Shown piece after piece: positions 31,641-44,130 of a stretch of DNA of 64,000 bases (position 1 is the stretch's first letter; each line of letters starts with the position of its first letter). This DNA comes from the human T2T-CHM13v2.0 reference genome, Homo sapiens. The notes under the pieces are model-generated. The model was not told the origin of the DNA and did not search any database. It saw only the letters and a list, made by a program, of their open reading frames with translations. Both the position numbers and the translations under genes were made by a program. The stretch lies in NCBI RefSeq assembly GCF_009914755.1, contig NC_060927.1; one strand, 5' to 3'.

Positions 31641-32076
31641 GCATCTTCAATTTCTACCCTGTGTGAAGAGCTTGGAAATCATCACTTCCATCATCATAAC
31701 AAGAAGACAGCAGAAAAACTAAAAGTCAACAACTAGTCTTAGATTTATCAGAGAACTGAGGTCACAGGACAGACTGCTGCTCCAAAACCTAGAGAAAGAA
31801 GAGTTCACTGAGAATCACAGCTTACCACCAGCAGAAGCCAGAGAGGCCAGAAACTGGAAGGAACATTAAAATATGTAATTGACAAATTGCTGCATCCTGA
31901 ATGTTGACTAGCACGAGAGTTAAAATTCCTGGGGGAAGCCCACAAGGTTCTCACTGGGAAAATTAGAGACAAATGTCCAAGTACTACGGAAGGGGGAGAA
32001 AGAAAGGTACCCATTTTGAAATATACCAAGAGTGTTCTGTTTTCTGAAACAAAGGCCTCCCCTGAAGCAAAAACTA

Positions 32077-34700
32077 CAGATGTTCCTGAAGTTATAATGA
32101 GGTTATATCCCAATAGACCTATCATAAATTGAAAATATCATAATATGCCTAACCTACAAAGCTTGATAGCTTAGCCTAGCTTACCTTAAACATTCTCAGA
32201 ACACTCACATTAGCCTACTGTTGGGCAAAATTATCTAAGACAAAGACTATTTTATAATAAAGTTTTTAATATCTCATGTAACTTATTGAATACAGTACTG
32301 AAAGTGAAAAATAGAATGGTTGTATGGGTACTTAATGCAGTTTCTACTGAATGCATATTGATTTCACACCATCATAAAGTAAAAAAAAATTGTAAGTCAA
32401 ACCATCATAAGTTGGTATATTAGTCTGTTTTCACGCTGTTGATAAAGAGATACCTGACACCGGGTAATTTATACAGGAAAAATAGTTTAATGGACTTACA
32501 GTTCCATGTGGCTGGGGAAGCCTCACAATTATGGTGGAAGGCAAGAAAGATCAACTCACATCTTACACAGATGGCAGCAGGCAAAGAGAGCTTGTGCAGG
32601 GAAGCTCCCTTTTTAAAACCATCAGATCTTGTGGGACTCATTCACTATCATAAGAACAGGACAGGAAAGACCAACCCATGATTCCATCACCACCTATAGG
32701 GTCCCTCCAACAACATGTGGGAAGTCAAGATGAGATTTGGGTGGGGACACAGTCAAACCATATCATTCCACCACTGGCCCCTGCCAAATCTCATGTCCTC
32801 ACATTTCAAAACCAATCATGCCTTCCCAACAGTCCCCCAAAGTCTTAACTCATTTCTGCATTAACTCAAAAGTTCACAACCCAAAGTCTCATCTAAGACA
32901 AGACAAGTCCCTTCTGCCTATGAGCCTGTAAAATCAAGAGCAACTTAGTTACTTCCTAGATACAGAGGCGGCACAGGCATTAAGTACAGTCATTCCAAAT
33001 GGGAGAAATTGGCTAAAACCAAAGGGCTATAAGCCCCATGCAAGTTCAAAATCCAGCAAGCAATCAAATTTTAATGCTCCAAATGGTTTCCTTTGACTCC
33101 ATGTCTCACATCCAGGTCACATTGATGCAAGAGGTGGGTTCCCATGGTCTTGGGCAGCTCCACCCCTGTGGCTTTACAGCCTCCCTCCTGGCTGCTTTCA
33201 CAGGCTGGCATTGAGTGTCTGTGGCTTTTCCAGAAACCCAGTGCAAGCTGTTGGTGGATCTACCATTCTGGGGTCCAGAGGACAGTGGCCCTCTTCTCAC
33301 AGCTCCACTAGGCAGTGTCCCAAGGAGGGACTTGTGTAGGGGCTCCAACCCCACATTTCCCTTCTGCACTGCCCTAGGAGAGGTTCTCCATGAGTGCCCC
33401 ACTCCTGCAGCAAACTTTTGCCTTGACATCCAGGCATTTCCATACATCCTCTGAAATTTAGGCAGAGGCTCCCAAACCCCAATTGCTGACTTCTGTGTAC
33501 CTGCAGGCTCAATACCACATGAAAGCTGCTAAGGCTTGAGGCTTGCACCCTCTGAGGCCATGGCCCAAGCTGTACCTTGGCCCCTTTTAGTCACAGCTGG
33601 AGTGGCTGGGATGCAGGACACCAAGTCCCTAGACTGCACACAGCAGGGGCCTGGTCCATAAAACCATGTTTTCCTCCTAGGCCTCCAGGCCTGTGATGGG
33701 AGCGGCTGCCGTGAAGATCTCTGACTAGCCCTGGAGACATTTTTCCCATTGTCTTGGGGATCAACATTCAGCTCCTCATTACTTATGCAAATTTCTGCAG
33801 CTGGCTTGAATTTCTCCTCAGAAAATGGGTTTTTCTTTTCTATTACATTGTCAGGCTGCAAATTTTCCAAACTTTTATGCTCTGCTCCCCCTATAAAACT
33901 GAATACCTTTAACAGCACCCAAGTCACCTCTGGAATGATTTGCTACTTTGAATGGTATCTGCTTTCTGCCAGATACCTTAAATCATCTCTCTCAAGTTCA
34001 AAGTTCCACAAATCTCTAGGGCAGGGGCAAAATGCCACCAGTCTACTTGCTAAAACATAACAAGAGTCACCTTTGCTCCTGTTCCCAACAAGTCCCTTAT
34101 TTCCGTCTGAGACCACCTCACCCTGGATTTCATCATCCATATCATTACCAACATTTTGGTCAAAGTCATTCAACAAGTCTACAAGGAGTTCCAAACTTTG
34201 CCACATTTTCGTGTCTTCTTCAGAGTCCTCCAAACTGTTCCAACCTCTACCTGTTACCCAGTTCCAAAGTCACTTCCACATTTTTGGGTATCTTTTCAGC
34301 AGCACCCCATTCTACTGGTATCAATTTACTGTATTAGTCTATTTTCACACTACTGATAAAGACATACCTGAGACTGGAAATTTACAAAAGAAAGAGGTTT
34401 AATTGGACTTACAGTTCCACATGGCTAGGGAAGCCTCACAATCATGGCAGAAAGCAAGGAGGATCAACTCATGTCTTACATGGATGGCAGCAGGCAAATA
34501 GAGAGAACATGTGCAGGGGAACTCCTCTTTTTAAAACCATCAGATCTTGTGAGACTCATTCAGTATCATGAAAACAGGACAGGAAAGACCTGCCCCCATG
34601 ATTCAATCACCTCCTACCAGGTCCCTCCCACAACACATGGGAATTAAAGATGAGATTTGGGTGAGGACACAGGCAAACCATATCAGTTGGGTATTGTCTA
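32077..34700 (+). mobile_element. MER47A (Tigger-derived MITE), split by THE1 near its right TIR
   Basis: cagatgttcctgaagttata start after TA, tagcttagcctagcttaccttaaac core, terminal piece at 34686-34700 followed by TA. Confidence 0.85.
32416..34685 (-). mobile_element. Full-length THE1 (THE1A-like) MaLR: 3' LTR 32416-32765, internal 32766-34329, 5' LTR 34330-34685
   Basis: Two ~350-bp direct LTRs ending aaaccatatca with THE1-int between them. Exact 5-bp TSD GTTGG (32411-15 / 34686-90). Confidence 0.93.
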
Positions 34701-37536
34701 TACTCTACTAGAACCTTATCTGACCTAGGGAAGAGCGGTGAGCCAATCTCAGCCCCTTCTATCCTTCCTGTTTCACATACAGGGATTTTTAAAAAATGCT
34801 AAAAAACTATTCTAAATGTCACAGTCCAGGAACTTTGGCCCATTTTTTTTTAATGGAGATCTAATCATAGGATTATAGAAAGCTTCTTCTTTCCAGTATC
34901 TTACCATTCCAATATCTTACCACCACATCAACAGGTCTGTTGTACAATAATAGTAGATAACAAATGAGAGAACTTCAAGACACAGACTTTAAGGGGAAGT
35001 TTCTAGAGAGACTCAAAGACAAGAGAAAAGACAGTAACAAGGACATCAGAGTACACTGAAACCTTTGACACCTATAGCAGTAGCAAACAATAAACACAGA
35101 CTAACTTCTAGCCATATAAACATAAAACTTCACACTAAAGGCCTATGATTTCAATTCCCAATATATGATACTTCATGTCTGAATTTCAACAAAAAAATTA
35201 TAAACCATACTAAAAGACAGGACATAAGTACTCTGGAGACATAAAGCCAGCATCAGAAAATAACTCAAGATATGGCAGGGATTTTTTTAAAATTATCAGG
35301 CCAAGAATTAATATAACTATAATTAATATGTGAAAGGCTCTAATGGAAAAAGTGGACAAAAAGCAAGAACACATAGATAATGTAAGCAGAGACAAAGAAA
35401 GATTCAAAAGTAAATGCTAGAAATAAAAACACTACAAGAAAAATGAAGAATGTCTTTGATAGGCTTATCAGTAGATTGAATATGGCTGATGAAAGAATTA
35501 GTGAGTTTAAAGATATGTCACTAGAAACTTCCTAAAGTGAAATGCTAACATAAAATAGTAGAAATAACAGAAGGAGAAAGAAAGGAGAAGAAGTATTTGA
35601 AGTAATAATGGTGGAGAATTTTCCAAGATTAAAGTCAGACACCAAAACAGATTCAGGAAGTTCAGAGAACACTCAGAAAGTTGAAAAAAAAAAAACACAC
35701 CTATACCTAGGAATATCATATTCAAACTAAAAATAACAAAAGACAATGAGCAAATCTTGAAAGAAGCCAAAGGAAAAAAAAATACTTTACTAATAGAGAA
35801 AAAGAGATAGGAATTACAATGGATATCTCTTCTGAAATCATGCCAGCAAAGAGAGAGTGGAGTAAAATATTTAAAGTGGTGAAAGAAAAAAAGTCGCCAA
35901 GGCCACAGAGCAAACTGGGTAAACTCAGCCATTCTCCTTCTCAGTGGAGGAGAAACAAAAGCTTTTTGAGATAAACAAAAACAGAGAATTTGTCTCCAGA
36001 AATCTGCATTACAAGATATGGTAAAACTAAATTTTTCAGAAAGAAGAAAAATTACACAAATCAGAAACTCGGGTATGTATAAAGAAGAGCATTAGAGAAG
36101 GAATAAATAAATTAAATATTTTATTTTCCTTACTCTAATTGTCCTAACAGATAACATAATAATAGCAATGATTAATTGGGTGATTATACCTTATGGATTA
36201 CTGAAATAAATGACAGCAATTTCGTAAGGAATAAGAGGGAGGAATTGGGCATACTTTGTTATAAGATACCAACACTGCCCATGAAGTGGTACACAGTTAT
36301 TTTAAAATTGACTTGGTTTAGTTGTAAATTTATATTTTGAACTCTAGGGAAACTACTAAAAATGTATAAAGAGAATTATAATTGGTATGCTAAGAGAGGA
36401 GAGAAGACGAAATTACATAAAATGCTCAATTGAAACCACAGAAAACACAAAAAGAAGGAACGATAAACAGAACAAATGCAACAAATAGAAAAGTTACAAA
36501 TATGGTAGCTAATAATCCAACTATATCAATAATTACTTCAGATGTGAGTGATCTAAATACAAAAATTAAAAGACAGAGACTGACAGAATAGATTCTTTTA
36601 AAGAAACAATTTTATATTGTTTCCAAGGAAGACTTCAAATATAAAGACATATAGATTAAAAATAAAGAGATAAAGGAAAATAAACCTTAGTAACACTGAT
36701 CAAACAAAACTTTTTATTGCTTCATAGAAAGCAGACTTCAAAACAAAGAAAATTGTCAGTGGTAAATATGAGAGTTACATAATGATATCAGGGTCAATTC
36801 TCCAAGAAGACATGATGATCTTTAATGTGTATATGCCTAAGAACACACCATCAAAATACATGAGGCAAAATCAGATAGAACTGGAAGGAAAAAGAGATCA
36901 GTCTGTCATTATAATTCAGACTTCAACACATCTCAATCAGTAATTGACAAAACCACCAGGCAGAAAATCAGTAAAAATGTAGTTGAACCAAAGAGCACTA
37001 TCAATCAACTTGATTTAATTGATGTTTATAGAACACTTCACACAATAACAGCAAAATACACATTTCTTCCAAGTTCACATAAAACATTCATTGAGATAGA
37101 CCATGTTCCAGGTAATAAAACACACCTTTAAATTTTTTAAAAAAGAGAAATTACACAAAATATGCTCTCAAACTAAATGGAGTTAAACTAGAAATCAATA
37201 GAAATATAGTTGGAAAATGCCAAAATATTTAGAACTAAACAATCACTTTTAAACACATAGGTCAAAGAAAAAGTCTCAACGGAAATTTAAAAATACTTGA
37301 ACTACATGAAAATGAAATTACAGCTTATGAAAATTTGTGGGTTGCAGCAAAAGCAGTGCTTAGATGGAAATTATAGCATTGAATGAATATATTAGAGAAG
37401 AACAAAGATATAAAAATCAATAGTCCAAGCTGCCACCTTAGGAAACTATAGAAAAAGAAGCAATGTAAACCTAGAGCAAACGGAAGAAATAATTTAAAAA
37501 GCAGCACAGAATAAATTTTAAAAAATGGGAAGGCAA

Positions 37537-38555
37537 ACGCAGCAATAATAAAAGAATTCACTCACATCCTTTACAGCAATGTCAATGGAGCTGGAGGCCA
37601 TTATCCTAATAGAACTAACTCAGAAGCAGGAAACCAAATACTGCATGTTCTCATTTATCAGTGGGAGCTAAACAATGGGTACTGATGGACATAATGATGG
37701 GAACAGAACTGGAGACTCCAAAAGCAGGGAGGCTTAGAGGACAATAAGAGTTTAAAAATTACCTATTAGGTACAGTGTTCACTACTTGAGTACTGGGTAC
37801 ACTAAAAGCCCAATGCCCACCAATATGCAATATAACCCTGTAGCAAACATGCAAATGTACTGTCTGATTCTTAAATAAATTTATTTAAATATATAATAAT
37901 ACACTGAGAAAACATGGCATTTTAGTATGCATAATCTGAATTTAATGATGAGGAAACATCAGACAATCCCAAAATAAAGAGCATTTTACAAATAACTGTC
38001 CTGTACTCTTCAAAAATGTAAAGCCATGAAAGATAAGGAAAGACAGAAGCACTTTCAGATCAAAGGAAACAAAAAAAAAGAAAGAAAAACAAAACATAAG
38101 AACCAATGCAACATATGCTCCTGGGTTGACCCCTTTCCCCATAAAAGACAATATTGGAATAATTGGCAAAACAAATGATGGGATCTATTAATTAATTGGT
38201 AATGTATCGGTGTTAATTTCCTAATACTCATTGTCATACTCATTAGGTGGGAGACTGATCTTGTTAGGAACTACAGACAGAAGTATTAAGGGCTAATAGA
38301 GTGTGTCTGTAATCCTCAAATAGCTTAGGGGGGAAATAAATGTAATGTACATATAACAGATATATAACTTATAGGTGTATGTGGATATATGTATACAGAG
38401 CCAATAATGAGGCAAATGTAGTAAAAAGGTAAATCTGGCAAATCTGTATAAAGGATATATAGGAATTTGTTGTGTTGCTCCTGTAATTTGTCTGTGTACT
38501 TAAAGTTATTTCAAAATAATAAGGTTTTAAGAAACCAAAAAATAAATAATTAAAA
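37537..38555 (+). mobile_element. L1PB4/L1PA17-like 3' end (~37537-37890) followed by an L1MC-type 3' UTR segment (~37900-38555), inside a single TSD
   Basis: Flanking direct repeat tttaaaaaatgggaaggcaa (37517-37536) / tttaaaaaatgggaagacaa (38556-38575). Host ORF2 resumes afterwards. Confidence 0.8.
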
Positions 38556-39841
38556 TTTAAAAAATGGGAAGACAATAGAGAAAATCATTGAAACTAAAAC
38601 TCATTCGTTAAAAAGATCAATAAAATTGATACCTTTCATCAGGAGAACCAGGAAATAAAGACAAAACACAAGAATTACTAATATCAGAAATGAAAGACAG
38701 ACCATCAACACTGATATCAGGGATATTAAAAGGATGATATAAGAATATTAGAACTAGATGCCCATAAATGTGATAACTTAGACCAATTCTCTGAAAGACA
38801 TAACCTACTGAAACTCATAAAAATCGGTAATTTGAAGAGGCCTATATTCATTAAAGAAATTGAATCAACAGTAATCTTCCAAAAAAGATAGTATCAGGCC
38901 CAAATGGTTTTATTGTGAATTCTACCAAACATTTAATGAAGAAATGATACCAACTCTCCATGATCTCTCCCAAAACATATAAGAAGAATGAATGCTTCCT
39001 AACTCATATTATGAGGCCAGCATTACCCTAATGCCAAAACCAGATAAAGACATTATAAGAAAGGAATACTACAGAATAATATGTCTCAGATGTAAAAATT
39101 CTCCACAAAATATTAGCAAACTGAATTTAGCAATTGATAAAAGAATTGCACACCACAACCAAGTGGGATTTATTCTAGATATAAAAAGTTGGTTCAGCAT
39201 TTGAAAACTGACTAATGTCTACCATATAAACTAGTTAGATTAAAAATTATATCAATAGATGCAGAAAAAGCATTTAACCAAATCTAACAACCATTTATGA
39301 TTTTAAAAAATTCTCAGTAAACTGGGAATGGGGAAATTTCCTCCATTTGATAAAGAATATCTACAAAAAACCTACAGCTAACTTCATATTTAATGGCAAG
39401 AAACTTACATGCTTTCCTCCTAAGATCAGGAGAAAGGCATGGGTACCCCTTCTCACAACTGATTTTCAACATTGTAAGGGAAGTCCTAGATGATGCAATA
39501 AGACAAGAAATAAGATAAAAAGTATACAGAAAGGGAAGAAATAAAACTGTCTCTTCACAGGTGACATGACCATCTACGTGCAAATTCTGAAAAAAAAATT
39601 AACAAAATACTCCTGGAACTAATACATGATTATAGCATGGATGCAGGATATAAGGTTAATATACAAAAGTCAATTATTTCCTCACACAGATCCACAATTA
39701 ACAATTGAATTTAAAATTAAAGACAAAATACCATTTACATTAGCACCAAAAACAAAATATTTAAGTATAAATTTAACAAAATACCTGCACAATCTATGTG
39801 AAAAAAATAACAAAACTCTGATGAAATAAGTCAAAGAAGAC

Positions 39842-40244
39842 TGATATGTTTTGGCTCTATGTCCCCACCCAACTCTCACCTTGAATTGTAATAATACCCA
39901 TGCGTCAAGGGTGGGACCAAGTGGAGATAATTGAATCATGGGGGTGGATTTCTCATGCTGTTCTCAAGAATTGAATTATGGGGGTGGTTTTCTCCATGCT
40001 GTTCTCAAGATAGTGAGTTCTCATGAGATCTGATCGTTTTATCAAAAGTTTCCCCTTCACTGAGTACTTCTCCTTCCTGCCACCATGTGAAGAAGGACAT
40101 GTTTTCTTACTCTTCCACCATGATTGTAAGTTTCCTGAGGCCTCCCCAGCCATGTTGAACTGTGAGTCAACTAAAACTCTTTTCTTTATAAATTACCCAG
40201 TCTTGGATATGTCTTAATTAGCAGCATGAGAATGGACTAATACA
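39842..40244 (+). mobile_element. THE1C-like solo LTR with an internal 40-bp tandem duplication
   Basis: tgatatg...ctaataca termini. TSD AAGAC (39837-41 / 40245-49). Confidence 0.92.
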
Positions 40245-41406
40245 AAGACCTGTGTAACTAGATAGATACTTCATTTCGCTAATAGGAAAATTCAATATTG
40301 TTTAAAATGTCAATTCTTCCCAATTTAATCTATAAATTGAATGCAATTCCAATCAAAATCCCAGAAAGTTATTTTGTGGATATCCAACAGATTCTAATTC
40401 TAATTCTAAAGCAAAGAACCAAGAATAGACAATACAATATTAAAGAAAATTAATAAAGTCAGGGGATGGAAAAAATGTAACTTTAAGACTTACTATAAAG
40501 CTACAGTAATCAAGTCGGTGTGATATTAGCAGAAGCATAAACAAATACATCAATGAAACAGAATAGACAGCCCAGAAATAGACTCACATAAATATAATCA
40601 TCAAGTGATCTTTGAGAAAAGAGCAAAGGCAATACAATGGAGAAAAGAGAACCTTTTCAATAAATGGTGCTAGAACAACTGGATATTTACATGCAAGATT
40701 CAATAAGTGGTGCTAGAAAAACTGGATATTCACATGTAGGATAAATGAATCTAGACTCAAGGTCTTATATTCTTTGCAAAAATTAACTCAAAATGGATCA
40801 TAGATCTAAATGTAAAAAACAAAACTGTAAAACCCCTAGAGGATAACATAGGTGAAAATCAAGACCTTGTGTTTTATGATGACTTTTTAGATACAACACC
40901 AATAGTATTATTCATGAAAAAAAGAATGATAAACTGGACTTCGTTAAAATTAAAAATTTCTGGCCTGTAAAAGACATTGTCAAAAAATAAAAACACAAGA
41001 AACAGACTGGGAGAACATACTTGCAAAAGACATATCTGATAAAGGATTGTTATCCAACTATACATGTTACTCTTAAAACCTAACAATTGGAAAACAAAGG
41101 GCTTTTGCCCTTTATTCTGCTAATATGGTGTATTTTATTTGAATATGCATTTCTCCAAAATGATATATGTCTCACAAACACATAAAATATGTTAAACCTT
41201 ATTAGTCACTAGGAAAATGCAAATTAAAATCATAAGAAACTAACACTTCATACCCACAAGAAGGGCTATAACTAAAAGACAAACAATAATAGTCTTAGGA
41301 AGGCTATAAATAAACTGAACTGTAACCCTAAAATTTTCTAATGGGAATAAAAAATTCTTCAGTCCCTTTGGAATTTAGTTTGGAATTTTCACAGAAAGTT
41401 AAACCT

Positions 41407-42092
41407 TAACATAATGTTCTCCAGTTCCATCCATGTCATTGCAAATGACAGGATTTCATTTATTTTATGGCTGAATAATATTTCATTGTGTATATGTACC
41501 ATATTTACTTTATCCATTCATTTGTTTATGGACACTTAGGTTGATTTCATATCTGGCTATTGTGGATAATACTACAATAAACATGAGAATGCAGATATCT
41601 CTTCAATATACTGAAGTCCTTTCTTTTGGATGTATACCCAGCAGCGTGTTAAGTGAAATAAGCCAGACACAGAAAGACGATGTCACACGTTCTCACTAAT
41701 ACTTGAGAGCTAAAAAAATTTATCTAATGGAGTTAGCGAATAGAACGATGGCTACCAGAGGCTAGGAAGGGTATTAGGAAGGAAAATAAAGAGGGTTTGG
41801 TTAATGGGTACAAAAATGCAGTTAGTAGGAATAAGATCTACTGGTCAGTAGCAAAATAGGGCAATTATCATTAACAATAGTTTATGGTATAATTCAAAAT
41901 AGCTAGAGGAGTGGATTTACAGTGTTCCCAACACAAAGAAATGATCTGCATTTGAGGTGATGGACATCCCAATTATCCTGATGTGATCATTACACATTAT
42001 ATGCTTATGTCAAAATATCACATGTATCCTATAAATATGTACAACTATTGTACACTCATAAAAATTAAAAATAAGAAAAAATTTAAAACAAT
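41407..42092 (+). mobile_element. L1MA-type 3' fragment with a 5' inversion (minus 41407-41644, plus 41645-42092)
   Basis: Antisense L1 segment, then sense L1MA 3' UTR and A-tail. Exact 11-bp TSD aagttaaacct (41396-41406 / 42093-42103). Confidence 0.88.
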
Positions 42093-42699
42093 AAGTTAAA
42101 CCTAAATGTACTGTATTATTCAAAATTCTGCCAAAGTATCAACCCATGAAAAATGGAAATACATGTCTACGTAAAGGTTTGTATTGAAATGTTTATAGAG
42201 ATATTATTTGGAACAGCCTAAAATTGGAAATGTTCTTAATATCCCAAGAACAGGAAATGTCTACCTACAATGTGATACATCCATACAATGGCGTACTACT
42301 CAGCAATAAAACTGAACAAAGTACTCCTACGTGCTATAACACAAATAACTTCAAAAATATTATGCATAGTAAAAGAATCTGGTCACAAAAGACTACATGT
42401 GTTACATCCAGAGAAAGCTAAATCTAAAGCAAATTAGTGGTCACTTGGGGCCAGGGGTAGGAATACGAATTGACTGTAGATGGACATAAGAGACAGTGTT
42501 GGGGTGATGAAAATATTTTAAAGCTGTATTCTGGTAATGTTTGTACAACTCTATGAACTTATTAAAAGTTATTTACTTGTAGTGTGTAAATTATATTTCA
42601 ATAAAACCCTTCAAGAATAAAATGCAAATAATAACTGGCTGAACACTGAACTGAACTGTAACCCTCAAAAATTTATAATGGGAATAAAAAATTGTTCCA

Positions 42700-44130
42700 T
42701 ATTTTTTCCACACACAAATTGTATCCATATTTTTTCAATTCTTGCTTTCTTTCCTCCAGAAGGCATGTTCTGCCTCATTTATTATTATCTCCCCGCCTGT
42801 ACCCACGACATATCTCCTTCAAGCCCGTTCAATATTTCCCACTAACAATTCATTTCCTACTTCTCCTATATTTTAATCTTCTCTCTATTAGCTCCTTTTC
42901 CATGAATGTATATTAAGCTCATTTCTCCCATAATTAAACAAATAATAAACTTCCATTTTTCCTGAATGTGTCTCTAGTCTGCCTCCTTTCCATCTTCTAA
43001 AAATATGTTTAAAGACAGGTAGTTTTCAGTTGCTGCCTCTATCTCTCCACGCTCCTGTTGTCCATTTCTTCAACTCACTGAAATCTGGCTTCGTTTTCTA
43101 TACTCTGTTACTCAAGTGAACTCAAAAAGGTCACTGATTACCTCATACTTCCTAATATAATGCATATGTATTAATCCAATCTTGTTGGACTTTTCTTAGG
43201 CACTTGACCTTATTTATCATTGCCTAATTAAATTTATCTATTACCTTTAGATTCTAGATAACATTTATCTTTTTTGAGCCTAACCATTCACTGTTTATTA
43301 TATTCTTTTATATTTACTTTCCTTTAGAGTTCTATCCTCAGTCACTTTCATACTAATTATATATAGTCTCCTTAGATAATTCCATGAGCTCGTTTCTAAC
43401 AATCATCTTACACTAGATTGATTGCATTAGTAGTTCACACGCTATGTTCACACCCTTTGTCATGTAACCTTGTAAAATGCTACCACTCCGACTCTGCACC
43501 TAGCTGTGCGACCTGCTTTACCCAATGGAATGTTAGCCAATATAATGAGTGCAGAAGCTTAAAAGCATTCATATGAATGGGCTGGGAAGCTCTAGCCCCT
43601 CACCCATTGCTCTGAGAATAAGCAGAGCAGCTACTAGTAAAAGGAGAGCACGTGGAAAGACTTCCTAGTTGTCTCAGCCAAAAGCATTCTAAATGGGCTC
43701 TCAGACAGAGAATCCCAGACAGAGAATGAGGCCAGCCCAGACAAGTCTCACAGATACAAATTCAACAAATGTTCATTATTGTATGCCACTGAAGTTTTTT
43801 TGTTACATAGCATTATAATAGCTATGGATAACTGATACACACCCTCTATGGTAGAAACGAGAAAATCTGCGTTTCCCCATGATGACTCTCTGAGCTTCAC
43901 ACCGGGGAATAGCTCGAGCTGAATGTCTCACAAGCATCTCAAATTAACATAAATATAACTGAGCTCATGATCTTTCCCATCTAATGAGACTGATTCTTCC
44001 TTAAATTATCTATCTCCACTTTCAGTACCACTATCCAATCCAGCCAACCAAGCTAGATCCAGGAGTCATCCGTGCTTGTTCACTCTCCCTTATCCTTTAT
44101 CTCTAATTCTCTAATGATACAATATATGCT
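42700..44130 (+). mobile_element. L2 remnants (probably continuing an L2 at ~29600-30340), interrupted by MLT1
   Basis: Pyrimidine-rich L2-like motifs (aatctggcttc; gaatgtctcacaagcatctcaaatt; ggagtcatcc). Confidence 0.5.
43412..43839 (+). mobile_element. MaLR LTR (MLT1I/J-like)
   Basis: gacctgcttt..ccaatggaatgttag motif; 3' end tgtatgccactga...gataactgataca. Confidence 0.65.

Larger units (their letters stand above)
31641..42620 (+). mobile_element. Near-full-length ancient L1M (L1MDa-like 5' end, ORF1, ORF2, 3' end) carrying multiple nested insertions
   Basis: 5' UTR motif gaagagcttggaaatcatcacttcc...gagaactgaggtcacagg. Degenerate ORF1 ~35200-36030 and ORF2 from ~36500 (e.g. LPNSYYEASITLMPKPDKD). 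AATAAA at ~42600. Confidence 0.75.

Noticed and set aside
33954-33977. Small inverted repeat ggtatctg...cagatacc in THE1-int
   Set aside because: Arms are only 8 bp. It may be a micro template switch but cannot be distinguished from chance by eye.
33106-34402. Cluster of overlapping 66-132 aa ORFs
   Set aside because: All lie within THE1 internal sequence and are fragmented MaLR remnants or antisense frames.
35507-35932. 141-aa hydrophobic, membrane-protein-like ORF
   Set aside because: It is the antisense reading of A-rich L1 ORF1, which yields Phe/Leu-rich frames.
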